Shown in pieces: positions 1-11,990 of a DNA stretch of 64,000 nucleotides. Below the pieces are notes generated by a model, which was not told the origin of the DNA, searched no databases, and saw only the letters and a list, made by a program, of their open reading frames with translations. Every line of letters starts with the position of its first letter. Position 1 is the stretch's first letter. The translations under genes were made by a program, and so were the position numbers. The stretch covers positions 80,848,001 to 80,912,000 of the forward strand of contig NC_067403.1 of assembly GCF_016432865.1 (NCBI RefSeq), written 5' to 3'. This stretch comes from Antechinus flavipes (lineage: Eukaryota).

Positions 1-2494
1 TGACAATGAAATAGAAGAAAGCATTTGTTCAGTTTTATTCTCCATTTTAAAATTTTATAAAATGCATTTAGTCTAGGTTATAAATTCCAATTTAGGTTGG
101 CTTTAAAATTAAGATTAAGGAGGAAAAGGAATTCATTAATTGGTTCCGATTTTGCTGGTAGCTTATCACAGAGGGAAGTTTTTCTTTAATTGTTCTTGTC
201 AGGAAAACTTCTCAAAGTAGTCCAGCCCACATTAAAAGGAGGAGAGACCAATTACGGTTTTCCTTACTGGAAATGAAATTGGAGAGCCAATTAAAGCATT
301 TAAAAATGTGTATTATGGGGCAGGGTCATGGGAGTTGGCAACACACATTTTAGAAAGTGATAAATGTTTATATTCAGTAACCTGCTTGTAGTTAAATGCC
401 TCCTATCTTTAGCTATCCATATGGGCCCTACCCACATCCAGTGTTGATAGCCTTTGAAAGTAGGCTTGTAGTGATGTAAATATTAAAATATTTGAAGCAA
501 GTGTCTAATCATAAGACTACCTAGTAGATGCTTATGGTTTCCTTTTATTTTTGTTTTTAATTGTTATTAGAATAACTTCTAAAAAAATTTCTAAACTTGT
601 AAATTAAAAAAAATCTTATTAAAAAAAGTTTACATTGTAAACTTTAAAGTAAATATACATAGCAGTATTACCAAAATCCCTTAACTGGCCTTTTACAAAA
701 CAAATCCAAAAGAATTTATGAACAAACAAGCTAATTAAGTGAGTTCTGTGCCTTTGTGCCATTTTGTTTTTATTTTTAAAATAAAGCATCTAGTACCACT
801 CTATACACAGTAGATATCTAATAATTGTTGGTTGAATGATAGAATGATGAATGAGAATATTTTACAAATTTGTAAAGGATAAAAAATGGGCTAGGAGGAA
901 AGACCAGTTTCCCACTGTGCACTGAACACATGTATGAAAAGGGAGCCTAAAAGAAGTCAGAGAAGAACAGAAATGAAAGAGGAGGCTGTTGATAAGTTGA
1001 TAGATCATCTTGTGTATATGTTCAAATTATGAAAAATTAAGTGTTAATCAAATAATAAAGAATATGAAATAATCAACATGTTATATAAATTATATTCTCT
1101 ACGCTCTGATTCTGTTGTCCTGCTCTTATATTACAGTAATATTGGGTTTTTTTGTTTTTGTTTTTTTAATTCAAATAAGCCTGTGGAGGTCAGGTTTGCT
1201 TGTTTGTTTGTTTTTTTAATTTCATGTTTTATTGTATCAGTAATTTTATTTTTGCATTTTTTTTTAATAAAAATTTTTCTTGCTTTCCTTTCTCTGGAAG
1301 CTCTACTAGGGATCTGATGGCAATGAAGAGTTTCTTTGCCAATTTCCTGCACCACTTAAAATGACTTTTAAAGAAGTGAGTTTTTTGTTACATCACATTA
1401 AGTTTTGCTATTTATCTCTTCCCATACCCAGTGAACCTTCCCTTGTAACAAAGATTAAAAAAGAAAAAAAGCTGTTTAGTAAAACCAGCACATATGGACT
1501 GCATTAGATAGCATGTGCAAGTTCTACACCCATTGTCCCTCACCTTTCTATTGAAGACAACCATTCCTGTTTTTAGCATCCACACAAACATATTTTAGAT
1601 GTTTTTTTCATGGGGTTAAATCTTATTAATATAATTTGGCATTTTGCAAAATTTATGACTAAAAATATTTAGATTGTGATCCTGGAAAAAATATTCCCAT
1701 TTTTGGCTTTATGCTGCTAGTTTCAGAACTGGCAATTTCTTTTTGAGACCTCAGTTGAAGAATAGTTGTTTCATGCATGTGTATTTCAATACTTTACATT
1801 GTTTCTAGGACAATTTCTGTAATGTCTGACTTAAAGGGGAAATTTGATTAGTGTTTTCTCCTGAATATTCTTCCTGAACATTGAACTCCCTTACTTAAAG
1901 CCTTCTGCTATAGTCCCTTACTTTCCTTAAAACTCAGCATTGTTGGCCCCTTTTAGATCCGTCTTTCCTGATTGTCCCTTATTACCATTTCTTCTTAGCT
2001 TTCTACCTATGGCATTTCCTTTCCTCAGCTCTTTGTGGAAGGAAATAAATAAGCATTTATTAAGTGCTTACTGTGTGCTAGGCACTGTAAGGCTCCTAGT
2101 GGAAACAAGTAAATAAAAAAAAAAAACAAATCATTTACTGTTTGCCAAGCACTATAACCTTTATGTCTGGCACATAGGAGGGATTTAGTCCTAATTCCTC
2201 TCTTCCTTTGTGATCTCTGTCCAGCTCTAGAACTATAATCATTCATGCTTTTATAACTGTAGGATCTGGAGTTGTTTCCTTGGAAACTTTTAATTTAGCT
2301 CAACTCTCTTACTACAGGTTTGGAAACCGAAGGAGTTTGGGAAGAAGTTAAATAATTTGCCTAAGGTCACACTAAGAATGGTGGCAGTCTGAGGATTCAA
2401 AGCAAGATTTTTGAGTCTGGATCCAGGAATGATCTTGTTATTGTACCACTTCTTGAAATTAAATGATTAGAAATCAGGAGAGGGTGATTTAAAG

Positions 2495-2640
2495 CAGAAC
2501 TATCAAATGTGCTGTTGGGCCTGTAACCCACATACTTAAATTGAATTAAAATGTAATTGGAAAAAATTTAACCAAATAAATAAAAACACATTGAAGATAG
2601 GTAATGTTAACATGTGGTTTTCTAAGTCAATATATGGGCA
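2495..2640. mobile_element. hAT-family marsupial MITE fragment (MER63/Charlie-like, family A in this window)
   Basis: Shares the ttaaaatgtaattgg...aaataaataaaaa...tgtggttttctaagtcaata core with the copies at 7774 and 10286. Confidence 0.6.
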
Positions 2641-2689
2641 TTTTATTTATGTTTGATTCTAGGGAAGGAAGGTTTTTTTTTTTTTTTAA

Positions 2690-2870
2690 TAATATTGAGT
2701 TATTTTTCTATTTACATGTAGATAGTTTTCAACATTCGTTGTAAATAGCTTTTTATTTTTCCAAATACACACAAAGATAGTTTTCAGCATTTATCTTTTT
2801 AAATCTTTGTGTCCCAAAGTTTTTTTCTCTCCTTCCCCTTCACTCCCCTTTTCCTGGACAGCAGGAATTT
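2690..2870 (-). mobile_element. Marsupial L1 3' UTR fragment(s)
   Basis: tttacatgtagatagttttcaacattc and ccaaatacacacaaagatagttttcagcatt are reverse-strand L1 3'-end motifs seen repeatedly in this window. Confidence 0.7.
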
Positions 2871-2884
2871 CGAAGTAAGTTTTA

Positions 2885-3142
2885 AAAGTTTTATCACTGA
2901 ATGGGGGTGAACTCAGTCAAACTGAGACCTATTGAAGACTTTGTGTTAAAAAGGTCAAAGCCTCCCATTTCATCTAGGGCCATTCCAGTTGTCCTGATTT
3001 ATGTCTGACCACTGGCCCCAGGTGGATTTGGAAGGGAAAGTGAGGCAGCAGCCCTCCTTCTCTCAAATCCAAGTCACTTGCATGTTATGGTGTCACCCCC
3101 TGATGTCAGGGAACTCTTGGAGAATGAAGGACAAACAACAAC
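2885..3142 (-). mobile_element. MdoRep1-like marsupial interspersed repeat
   Basis: Ends ...gagaatgaaggacaaacaaca, the reverse complement of the tgttgtttgtccttcattctc start of the copy at 32446. The family name is from memory. Confidence 0.65.
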
Positions 3143-3269
3143 AAAAGTTTGACTATAAGACAAGACTTGGGAACCTAGATTTCTTCTGGTTGAATCATTA
3201 CCCCAATGAATTGAAGAAGAGAGAGGGTAGGGGGATTGAGTTTTGGTAGAACATTTTGTGGTACATGGC

Positions 3270-3830
3270 GCTCCCCTTGTCCTGTTCCCCTAGACGGCAA
3301 CAATCCAATATAGGTTAAACATGTGCAATTCTTCCAAACATATTTCCATTTTTGTTATGCTGTGCAAGAAGGATCAGACCAAGTTGGGGTTGGGGGGAGG
3401 GGAGGAGAGACACAAGAAAGGAAAAAAAAAAGAGTAACTATAAAAAGGTGAAAATACTCTGCTTTGATCCACATTTAGTTTCCACAATTCTCTCTCTAGA
3501 TGAAGATAGTATTTTGCATCCTAAGTCTATTGAAATTCCATTGAAGAATCATCTCAATGTCAGTATTCATTTTTGTAAGATTTTGAGTTGCAAAATTTTT
3601 TTTTCCCTCCCTTATGTCCCCCTTAACCAGGACAGTAAGCAGTCTGATATAGGTTTATATGTGCAATTATTTAAAACATATTTTCATATTAGTCATGGAT
3701 GAAAGAAAAATCAGAACTAAAAGGAAAAACCAAGAGGAAGAAAAGCAAACAAAAAAACAAAAAAAGATGAAAATAGTGTGTAAGTCTCCATAGTTCTCTC
3801 TTTGAATGCAGACGGCATTTTTTGGAAAGG
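3270..3830 (-). mobile_element. Two adjacent marsupial L1 3' UTR fragments
   Basis: Two passes through the motif series (caatccaatataggtt...gaaaatactctgctttgatcc; cattttgtaagattttgagtt...gaaaatagtgtg), homologous to 57925-58290. Confidence 0.75.
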
Positions 3831-3882
3831 AAATTAAATAAAAATGATGAGGTATGGAAAGTCAGTCCCTTCTGATGTAATC

Positions 3883-3921
3883 GGGGGTGGGGTGGGGTGG
3901 GGTGGGGTGGGGGGTGAGGGG
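3883..3921 (+). repeat. (GGGGT)n microsatellite, G-quadruplex-prone
   Basis: At least six consecutive runs of 4 or more G with 1-nt loops. Confidence 0.9.
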
Positions 3922-4679
3922 CAGGAGGAAGATAACCTAGTCACAAGGAGTTAACTCTCAGTGTAGCTACCGTTTATGTAATTTTCCTTTTTTTTTTCCT
4001 CCTCCTGCTTTACTGTTTATAAAGTAGGAAAGATGAGTGAGCTCTAAGAAAGCTCAGGCCTTGGGGGAGGAGTGGGAGCGAGGGTAATGATTTCAGCAGT
4101 GAGCTGTGAAAACTGAGAGTTTTAGGAATATTTCCTCAAGCTCAAGTGTGGCCATGGCCAGCAGCTATGATAAACTGCCTGGGATTTTGACATCCACTTG
4201 GCTGGAAGCCTCAGATATATATATATATACATATATACACACACACAGAAAGCCCCAGGAAGGATTGATTAATAGCAGGATTAAAGTTGAGTTATCAAGG
4301 AGTATTCTAATCAGCACCTTGGGGGTAGGAATAATTATCATAATAGATAATTGGTATGTTAAAAGTTTGCCCTACACTTAACATGATTCATTTCACTGGA
4401 TTATTGCTGCAGTCTCTTGGTATTATCCCTGTTTAACAGATGTGGAAACTGAGGTTTAGAAATGTTAAGTGACATATTGATAATAATATAATATATATTA
4501 CTGTTTTAATATAATAAGTGTTAAAGGAGGCCTTAAGACTAGACATCTTCTGAATTCAGGAATTTCAACTGTCCACTGTTTCTCATTGTCTCCAGCTGTG
4601 ACTAATAACTGTTGAAGATTAAGAATAAGGTCTTAAATTTTAAATGTTGATCTCTAGGGTTATTTAACATAAACCAAAT

Positions 4680-4835
4680 GTAACAATATTTATATATTAC
4701 AACATGTATAACATAACATAAAATATAGTAATATACAAGAATATTAATGATATAAAATACATAATATATAACAAGATACATATATATACATATTACATGC
4801 TGTACAATATAACAGAATTATATATAATGCATAAA
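4680..4835. repeat. Degenerate (TA)/AT-rich low-complexity tract
   Basis: Almost only A and T, with tata/aatat units. Confidence 0.8.
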
Positions 4836-4874
4836 AATGGAAAAGAATAAAAAAAAACCTTTATATAGTCTCTA

Positions 4875-5000
4875 TTCTACATGAGGCACTTTGCTAAGTG
4901 CTTGACAAATAATTATTTCATTTGATACTCTTAGTAACCTTGGGGATGTAGTTGCTGTTGTTATTCCCATTTTACAGATGAGGAAACTGAGGCAAACAAA
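4875..5000 (-). mobile_element. MIR
   Basis: attcccattttacagatgaggaaactgaggc core motif. Confidence 0.75.
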
Positions 5001-5061
5001 AGTAAGTGCTAATAAGTGCTTGAGGCTAACTTTGAATTTAGATTTTCTTAACAAATGTCTA

Positions 5062-5341
5062 TCCTTTTTCTCTTTCCTTTTTTTCCTTCCTTCCTTCCTC
5101 CCTTTTTCCCTCCCCCCTCTCTTTGTCCCTCCCCCTTCCTCTCTTTTTTTCTCTCCTTTCCTTTCCCTTTCCTTCCCTTCCCCTTTCCTTCCCTTTCCTT
5201 CCTCTTCTTTCCCCTTCCTTCCCCTCCTTTCCCTTTCCTTCCCCTTTCTTCCCCTTCCTTCCCTTCCCTTCTCCACTTTTCCCCTCCCTTCTCTACCCTT
5301 CTCCTCTCCTCTTTCTTCCTCTTTCCTCTCCTCTCCTTTCT
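5062..5341. repeat. About 280-bp polypyrimidine/polypurine (TTTCC/CTTCC)n-type microsatellite
   Basis: Nearly pure C/T on the + strand. It generates the five spurious ORFs at 4872-5399. Confidence 0.95.
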
Positions 5342-5344
5342 TGT

Positions 5345-5455
5345 GAGACAATTGGGCTTAAATGACTTGCTCAAGGCTATACAACTAGAACACTTCTAAG
5401 GTTAGATTTGAACTCAGATCCTCCTGACTTCTATCCACTGTGCTACCTAATTGCT
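5345..5455 (-). mobile_element. WSINE1/MAR1-like short SINE; its tail side abuts the pyrimidine microsatellite
   Basis: caattgggcttaaatgacttgctcaagg...gatttgaactcagatcctcctgacttc...tatccactgtgctacctaattgc. Confidence 0.75.
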
Positions 5456-5849
5456 TCTGAACTTAGGTTTTCTTGATTTCAAGAATAGCTTGCTTTCCAC
5501 TAATTGATCATATTAAAATTGGGATTAAGGCCTAGATCTCCGATTTCCTTCTGCCTTTTGCCATCATCATTTCCCCAGTAATGTGTATAGTCTTATTAGA
5601 GCCTTCCCCACAGTCACCAAGAAGTTAATAGCTTGCTTAGGGTCACGTAGGCTTTACATGTATTAGGTAGGTCTTAAATCCACGTCTCCTTGGTCAGTTT
5701 GACTTCCACTTATTAAAACCTTAATCCCACATTTCATCTTGGTGCTAACTGACTTCTGGACTTTCAGAGAGCTCTGCCTTCTGTGTGTAAGTGAGCTCTG
5801 AACAGCTGGGAAAGCTTGTGGACAGACACTATGTCTTGTAAAAGCTTAG

Positions 5850-6065
5850 TTATAACTGTATAAATATGTATACATATATTATATTCAACTTATATTTAAA
5901 AACATTTAATATGTATTGCACCACCTGCTAGCTAGGGAAAGGGGTGGGGAGAAGGAGGGGAAAAGTTGGAACAAAAGGTTTTGTAAGGGTCAATGTTGAA
6001 AAATTACCCATGCATATATCTTATAAATAAACAGCTTTAATTAAAAAAAAAAAAGAAAAAAGAAA
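5850..6065 (+). mobile_element. Young, 5'-truncated L1 3' end with poly(A) tail
   Basis: gggaaaggggtggggagaaggaggggaaaagttggaacaaaagg...gaaaaattacccatgcatatatctt...aataaa followed by an A-rich tail. Resembles the dasyurid L1 3' end as I recall it. Confidence 0.8.
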
Positions 6066-7773
6066 AGGAAAAAACAGACCAAAGTAATGTGTAAGTTTGC
6101 ACACTCAATTGTGTAAGTCATACTCAAATTTTTTTTTTTAAAGAGCTCCATCATTAGATTTGGGATCAGGAATTTTTTTTTGGCTCTAGCAGTTTTTGAA
6201 ACGCAACTATTTTTGTAGAAGGATTGGTAGAGGAACTAACCATGGTGATGAACCTACGTCCTGAAAATATAGCTATGAAGATGATGATGATGATGATGGT
6301 GAGATGTTGGGGTGGGATAATGCCAGACTGAATAGAAGTGGGAGTCAGAGCACAGAGTGACTTAAAAAGTTTTAGGCTAAAAATTATTTCAGAACCCCGC
6401 CTCCCTCTTTTTTAACCTTGCAATGGGTACAGAACATTTTTAGACTTTCTTTTTGGTGGGGGATATTGAGTGCTGGATTCCTTCTTAATTTTTGATCTGC
6501 TCTTTGCCTTTGATGTTTTGTACAGAGGCTCTCATATAGAGAGCATGCTCTTGGATTTTAGAAATGGAGAAACTCAAAACTTGAGAGTCTTTTAAGCTGC
6601 CTTAGTGAAGCTGCCTTTTTCTGCCTTGAAAGCTGCAGCTGTAATGGGGCAGACTTGTCATTGCATTTGTGGTAGATGGCAAGAGTGTTTCTGCTTCACG
6701 ATTTATCAGCTTCGAGGTTTTGTCAAACTTCCTTGGAAAGAATCCATTGGTATTAAGAAGAGGAAGTAGGCCAAAGGCCCAGGAGAGCCAAGCTGCTGTT
6801 TGTCATGGGTAAGCCTGGAAGGGTTAGAGGCCAGAGCTGTCCAGCGCACATCCGGACTGCTGATAAAGTTTTACCCATGGCCCCCCACTGGGGCAGAGCA
6901 TCTGGGGCTCTGATTTTCTCCAGTCCTAGTCCATGTGCCCTGTTCCCCTGAGTTTTAAGGAGAAAATTTTTTTAAGGTTTGAGACTAAGAAGACATGGCT
7001 TGGGAACCCTGTTTCTTCTGGTGGAATGATGACCCATGCATGAGAATTTGAAGAAGTTGGGGAGGAGGAGAGTTCTGGGAGGCTTATTAGGCCATGCTCT
7101 GGGAAGAGGGCCTATTTTCAGGTTAAATGTGTCGGATCTGTATGGAGTCTCTGTCCCCAGTACTGGGCTTGTGGATTGCCATGATGGTCTTCTGGGGATG
7201 GACTTCTTCATCCTTGTTGGAGCCTGCTTAGTCCGCTTCTCCAGAGATTCCTTGTAGAGTTTCATGCCTTTTTACTTAACCACCTCTTGATGGTGTTGAG
7301 AAGACTTCTGTCTACATCCTCCTGATTGCACATCCAACACAGGCATTTCCTGTCTGGGTGGTCCTGGCCAAGTCACTTACCCACTGCCGGCCTCATGAGC
7401 AGCTTCTCCATCTGTAAATGAGCCTAAAAACAGCAGGGTTTGTAATGAGGGTGAAGTATTGATGAGATGTTTTGTGAACCTTAAAAGGGCTAGCAATACT
7501 AGCTTTTAAAGTCATGTCATAGTCTCTTTACTTTTTAAAGCCTCAATTTTTCCATCTCTAAAATGGAAAACATAATATCTATAGTATCTTTTTCATAGGA
7601 CTATGCTGAAGCTCAAATCTTTTATGCCCAGTGCCTCATACATTATTAATGCTCAGATGTATGAATGAAGTGTAAGATTATGATGTGAACTGTATATAAG
7701 CACTAATGAATTCAAAGTAACAGAAAATTATATTTATTTTATGTGTACATAGTTCTCTATTTGTTGCTTACCT

Positions 7774-7957
7774 CAGAAGCATCAAATATGCATCCTATAA
7801 TACTCTCAAGTGGATTAAATCAGATTAAGATACAATTAGAAAATATTTAATAAAGTAAAAGTACAGTAAAACAGATTGTGCTATTGTGTGGTTTCTCAAG
7901 TAATTGATTTCTGTATGGTTTAATGGCCACTGTTTCTATTTGAGTTGGACAGCATTG
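7774..7957. mobile_element. hAT-family marsupial MITE (family A)
   Basis: Degenerate termini cagaagcatcaaa...tttctatttgagttggacagcattg; homologous to the other two copies. Confidence 0.6.
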
Positions 7958-9139
7958 GTTTATTTCTCTCCAGCCCCCCAAAACCCCCAAACTACAACTT
8001 TTTTTGGTATCCCTGGACCATAACACAGTCCTTGAAACATAGTAGATACTTTACTATGCTCAAAAAAGAGAATAGATATAAAACATTTTGTAAAATAAAA
8101 TACTGTGTCAAATATTAGTTATTTCTTTCCTTTGATCTTTTTTTGATGGAATTCAGGTAGAAATAGCCTTAGGACACAAATCTATCCTGCTACTATTCTT
8201 TTATGTTTAATCTGCAGATTGTTTTGTGGGTAGATAAAATGACAAATTTTTATAACATTATCTTTTATCCTGGTTAGGAATTCTCTATTCTCTTTAAAGC
8301 ACTCTTTAAAAAAATCTTTTTTGATTTTTGTGAGTGAGGTTTTCTATTTGTTTCTCAGGTCATATTCAAAATTCACAGTCGGTGAGCACCACAGGCAGGG
8401 TGATAACCAGAGAATCTATTCTGTAGCTTCCTAGAGTCAGTCCTGGGTGTCAGTATCACCTACAGTCATCTCTACCTTTTCTTGGGAACATCCTCCCTAC
8501 ATTGCCCCATAAATTCTCTTTTGGATAGTCCCCTGACACAGTACCTTTCGTGTTTATTTAATGTCATCCTCTAGTTATTACTTACTATGGCACCTACTAT
8601 GTGCCAGGAACTGTGCTGTGAAGTATTAGTAACACATCATTAACTGATCTTTTAAATTACATATAGACAGCAGTAGGTGTGCTTTTGTGCACACAGGATA
8701 TCCAAGGCATACAATAATGAGGAGGAATCCTTGCTTACCTCTTCTAGTTACTTCTGGGTGAGTGAAAATTCACTGATGATAACTTCTGGGATGCTGCCTC
8801 ATTTTGCTCTTATGGAAAATGTGGCACTTTGTATAAAAGTTTGTTTTTTTTAAAATAGGTATGAGGAATTGATTATGGATGTTGCCATATTATGGATAAG
8901 TGGTTTTCCATCACTTATATAGAACCATAGCCTTAGACCAGGAAGAGATTGTAGAGATCATCTTATTCAACCTATCCAGTTTACAGATGAGTTAACTGAG
9001 GTCCAGAGGTCCCACTAATAGGAAGTGACAAAGATAGATTTCAAAAGTAGGTCTGCTGTCTCCAAGTATTGTGCTTTGTCCATTACTCTACACTTCATAG
9101 AATGTGATTGTAGCTTAATGTTGTTTATATTTTAATTTG

Positions 9140-9350
9140 TCACCATCAGTAAACATTTATTAAGCACCTGTGCTGAGCATTGAGAATGCAAAAAGAGGCA
9201 AAAGGCAGTCCCTGCCTTCAACAAGCTTACAATCTAAGGGTGAAACAGCATGTGAACAGATACATACAAAACAAGTTAAATGCAGGATCATAGGAAATAA
9301 TTAAGAGTGGGAAGGCAGTGGAGTTGAGGTTAAGGTTTCTTATAGAAAGT
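9140..9350 (-). mobile_element. L2 3' end
   Basis: cagtaaacatttattaagcacct...aaaaggcagtccctgccttcaacaagcttacaatcta. Confidence 0.75.
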
Positions 9351-10285
9351 GGGACATAATGTTTCATGTCAAAATGACTAACAGCTTATAAGGTTGTATT
9401 TCAGTTTTGCTGGGTTTTATCTATTAGAAAGGTAGATGTTATTCTTTATTTCTCTTGATTTATTTCAGTGGTATATAGAAAGGCTTATTTAACTAATGAC
9501 CAGTTTGGCTTATTTAACTAAATTTTATTGGGTTTTATTGACATTGATGATGTTTTCTCTCGGCATCATTTTCCTCATCTGTAATTTTAAATCCTGTGAT
9601 CTAGTAGAATGATAAACTCAATTCTCTCCCATTAATTTTGATCTTTACCCCCCTGATATAGCATAAGTTTTAGGCATAAGTTACCTCATTTAATTATAAC
9701 TAGTTTATAGTTTATTTATGAAATAAATATTCAGACTTTGTTATTTGATTAAATGTGCCATCACTGAGTGGAAAGGTGCTTTTGATCTATTAAAGTGGAG
9801 GACTTAGCCTGAAATATACTTTAAAATTAAGAACGCAGTTCCTCTGAAAAGAGTCTGTGTGGTTTGCCTTGTGGACAGTAGAAATAGACTTAAATCACCA
9901 GGGGAAGATGATTTGGATTGAACCTTAACTTTTGAAAATAGCGACTTCTGTATAGTTGTGGGCTGTAGGGCCAACATTTTTGAAAATTTAAATTACAAAG
10001 GGTATAAAATTTTAGAATATATTTCTTACTATTTGTTATTTTTTCCAATTTGAGTCTTAGACTTTAAAAATGATCAAATTCATTTAAATAGATTTTTTTG
10101 AGTTTAATAATACTAGAAAGAAACAGATGTAAGGAGAGAGTGTTGACTGGACTTGGAGTCAAAAGACCCAGAGTTCAAATCCTTTATACTTTACCTCACT
10201 GTGTATTTTAGTTTTTTCACCTGCAAAATGATAGAATTGTACTCTGGGGCCTCTCCAGTGCTTATTCAAGTTCTGTGATATAGAG

Positions 10286-10435
10286 CAGAGGGGCTACACT
10301 TAGGGCCTGCCTTAAAATGCCAATGGGAAACGTTTAACAAAATAAAAATACCATACAGCATTGATGATGTTACTTTGTGGTTTTCTCTGTCAGTAGGTGG
10401 CACAGAGACCCCTTTCTGTTTGAGTTTGACACCTG
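10286..10435. mobile_element. hAT-family marsupial MITE (family A)
   Basis: ttaaaatgccaatgggaaacgtttaacaaaataaaa...tttctgtttgagtttgacacctg; homologous to the copies at 2495 and 7774. Confidence 0.6.
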
Positions 10436-11659
10436 ATATGTATGTGTCTCTTACAAGGTGATTATGAAGAATTAATGAGGTAATATGTGTATATCCACAT
10501 ATACATATTCATGCTCACATATATACACATAAAACATTTTATATATATCACCTTCATGTAGTGCTTTGCAAACCCTAGGTGACTGACGCTAGTACTGGCG
10601 ACTTTACAAAGTCCTAGGAATTATCAGGAGAGCCATTGCACAGGACTATGTGTTCATGACAACAAATTCAATAGCAATAATAGTTAGCATTCACATAGCT
10701 TTTTAAAATCTGCAGAGCACTTTGCACCAGCACAGCCACCCTGTGGGGGGAGTGCTGTTCCTTCTTTCACAGAGGGTAAACTGAGACAGACGTCTGTTGG
10801 TGGCTGGCCTGGAGTCCCACCTTGGAGGCTTCGTTGGCAGCCAGGTGTTGCTGATCCTCTTCCCAGCACTCTCTCTTGCCCAGGGACATGTTTGAGTGGT
10901 AGATTTATAGAAATTCCCCCTTTTTTTGGGGTGCCACAGCACACTCTTATCTTTGATCCACAGCTGTGTATTTGGAGATGACGTTCTGCTCCCGTGTATG
11001 ACAGAGCAGTCCCAGGGTTTCCCATGCTATCATGGTTTCTAATTGGTGGGGGTGTTTTATTTTCATTTTAATTTGTATTCTAAAGTTAATAAACGAGAAT
11101 AGAATGGACTTTTGCATAAATAGAGCACAGATGATTGGACATGGAATTACAGGTCTCCCTGTTGTCGTCAGTTGGCTTTTTAAAAAAATATATATATAAC
11201 TTCAACCTGTAGCTTTTCAAGGTGTTTTGCTTGTCTGCTTCTTTTTGACTTCTATTCTCTTCTTGGCATTTTTAAAAACCAAGATACCCCAGTGATCCTG
11301 TTTAGTATTTTAATGCTGTTTTCCTATTGTCCTCCCTTGTTAGGATAAGGAGGCCAAAGAAAGACAAAGTCCTTTTATATTTTATATGTACTTTATCCTG
11401 AATATTAATATATTATTAAAATATAAAATATAATTGTTGGCATTTATATAATTATATATTTTATACTTCTATATGATTTTTATAGTTACTAGGAAATTAG
11501 AAATATATAAATTATATAATTATATACCTCCTTAACACTCCCTTCCCCCAAAAGAATTGTGGTCCAAAAGGCTAATTAATCTTAGTGGTCCAGAGAGAAT
11601 TATATGTGTATGTGTTTACATACATACAAATACACATATATGTGTCCATATAGGTGATC

Positions 11660-11990
11660 TTAGATTACTTTGGAACCTGCCATTTCATCACTTATTAATC
11701 ACAATATTCCATTATATTCTCATGCCATAATTTGTCACTTTTCAAATAAGAAAGGCACTTGCTTTTCATTTCTTTGTCATTACAAAAATAGCTGCTTTAA
11801 AATATTTTTGTGTGCTTATGCATTCTTTTCTTTTATCTCCTTGGGGCACAGACCATTAAATGGTTCTGGGTCAAAGAAGTTTGCACAGTTTTAGTGACAT
11901 TTTGGTCATGATGAGAAATTTCTTTCCAGAATGGTTGGGGACATTTCAGAGCTCTATTAACAATATTTTAATATACTTGTTTCCCTATAG
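11660..11990 (-). mobile_element. L1 ORF2 C-terminal region remnant
   Basis: ttggggcacagacc...gggtcaaagaagtttgcacagtttt...ttccagaatggttgg matches the typical antisense L1 ORF2 3' segment. It is degenerate. Confidence 0.7.

Noticed and set aside
4872-5399. Five long overlapping ORFs (up to 159 aa; K/E/G/R-rich or F/L/P/S-rich)
   Set aside because: They are translations of the polypurine/polypyrimidine microsatellite, which cannot contain stop codons. Not genes.
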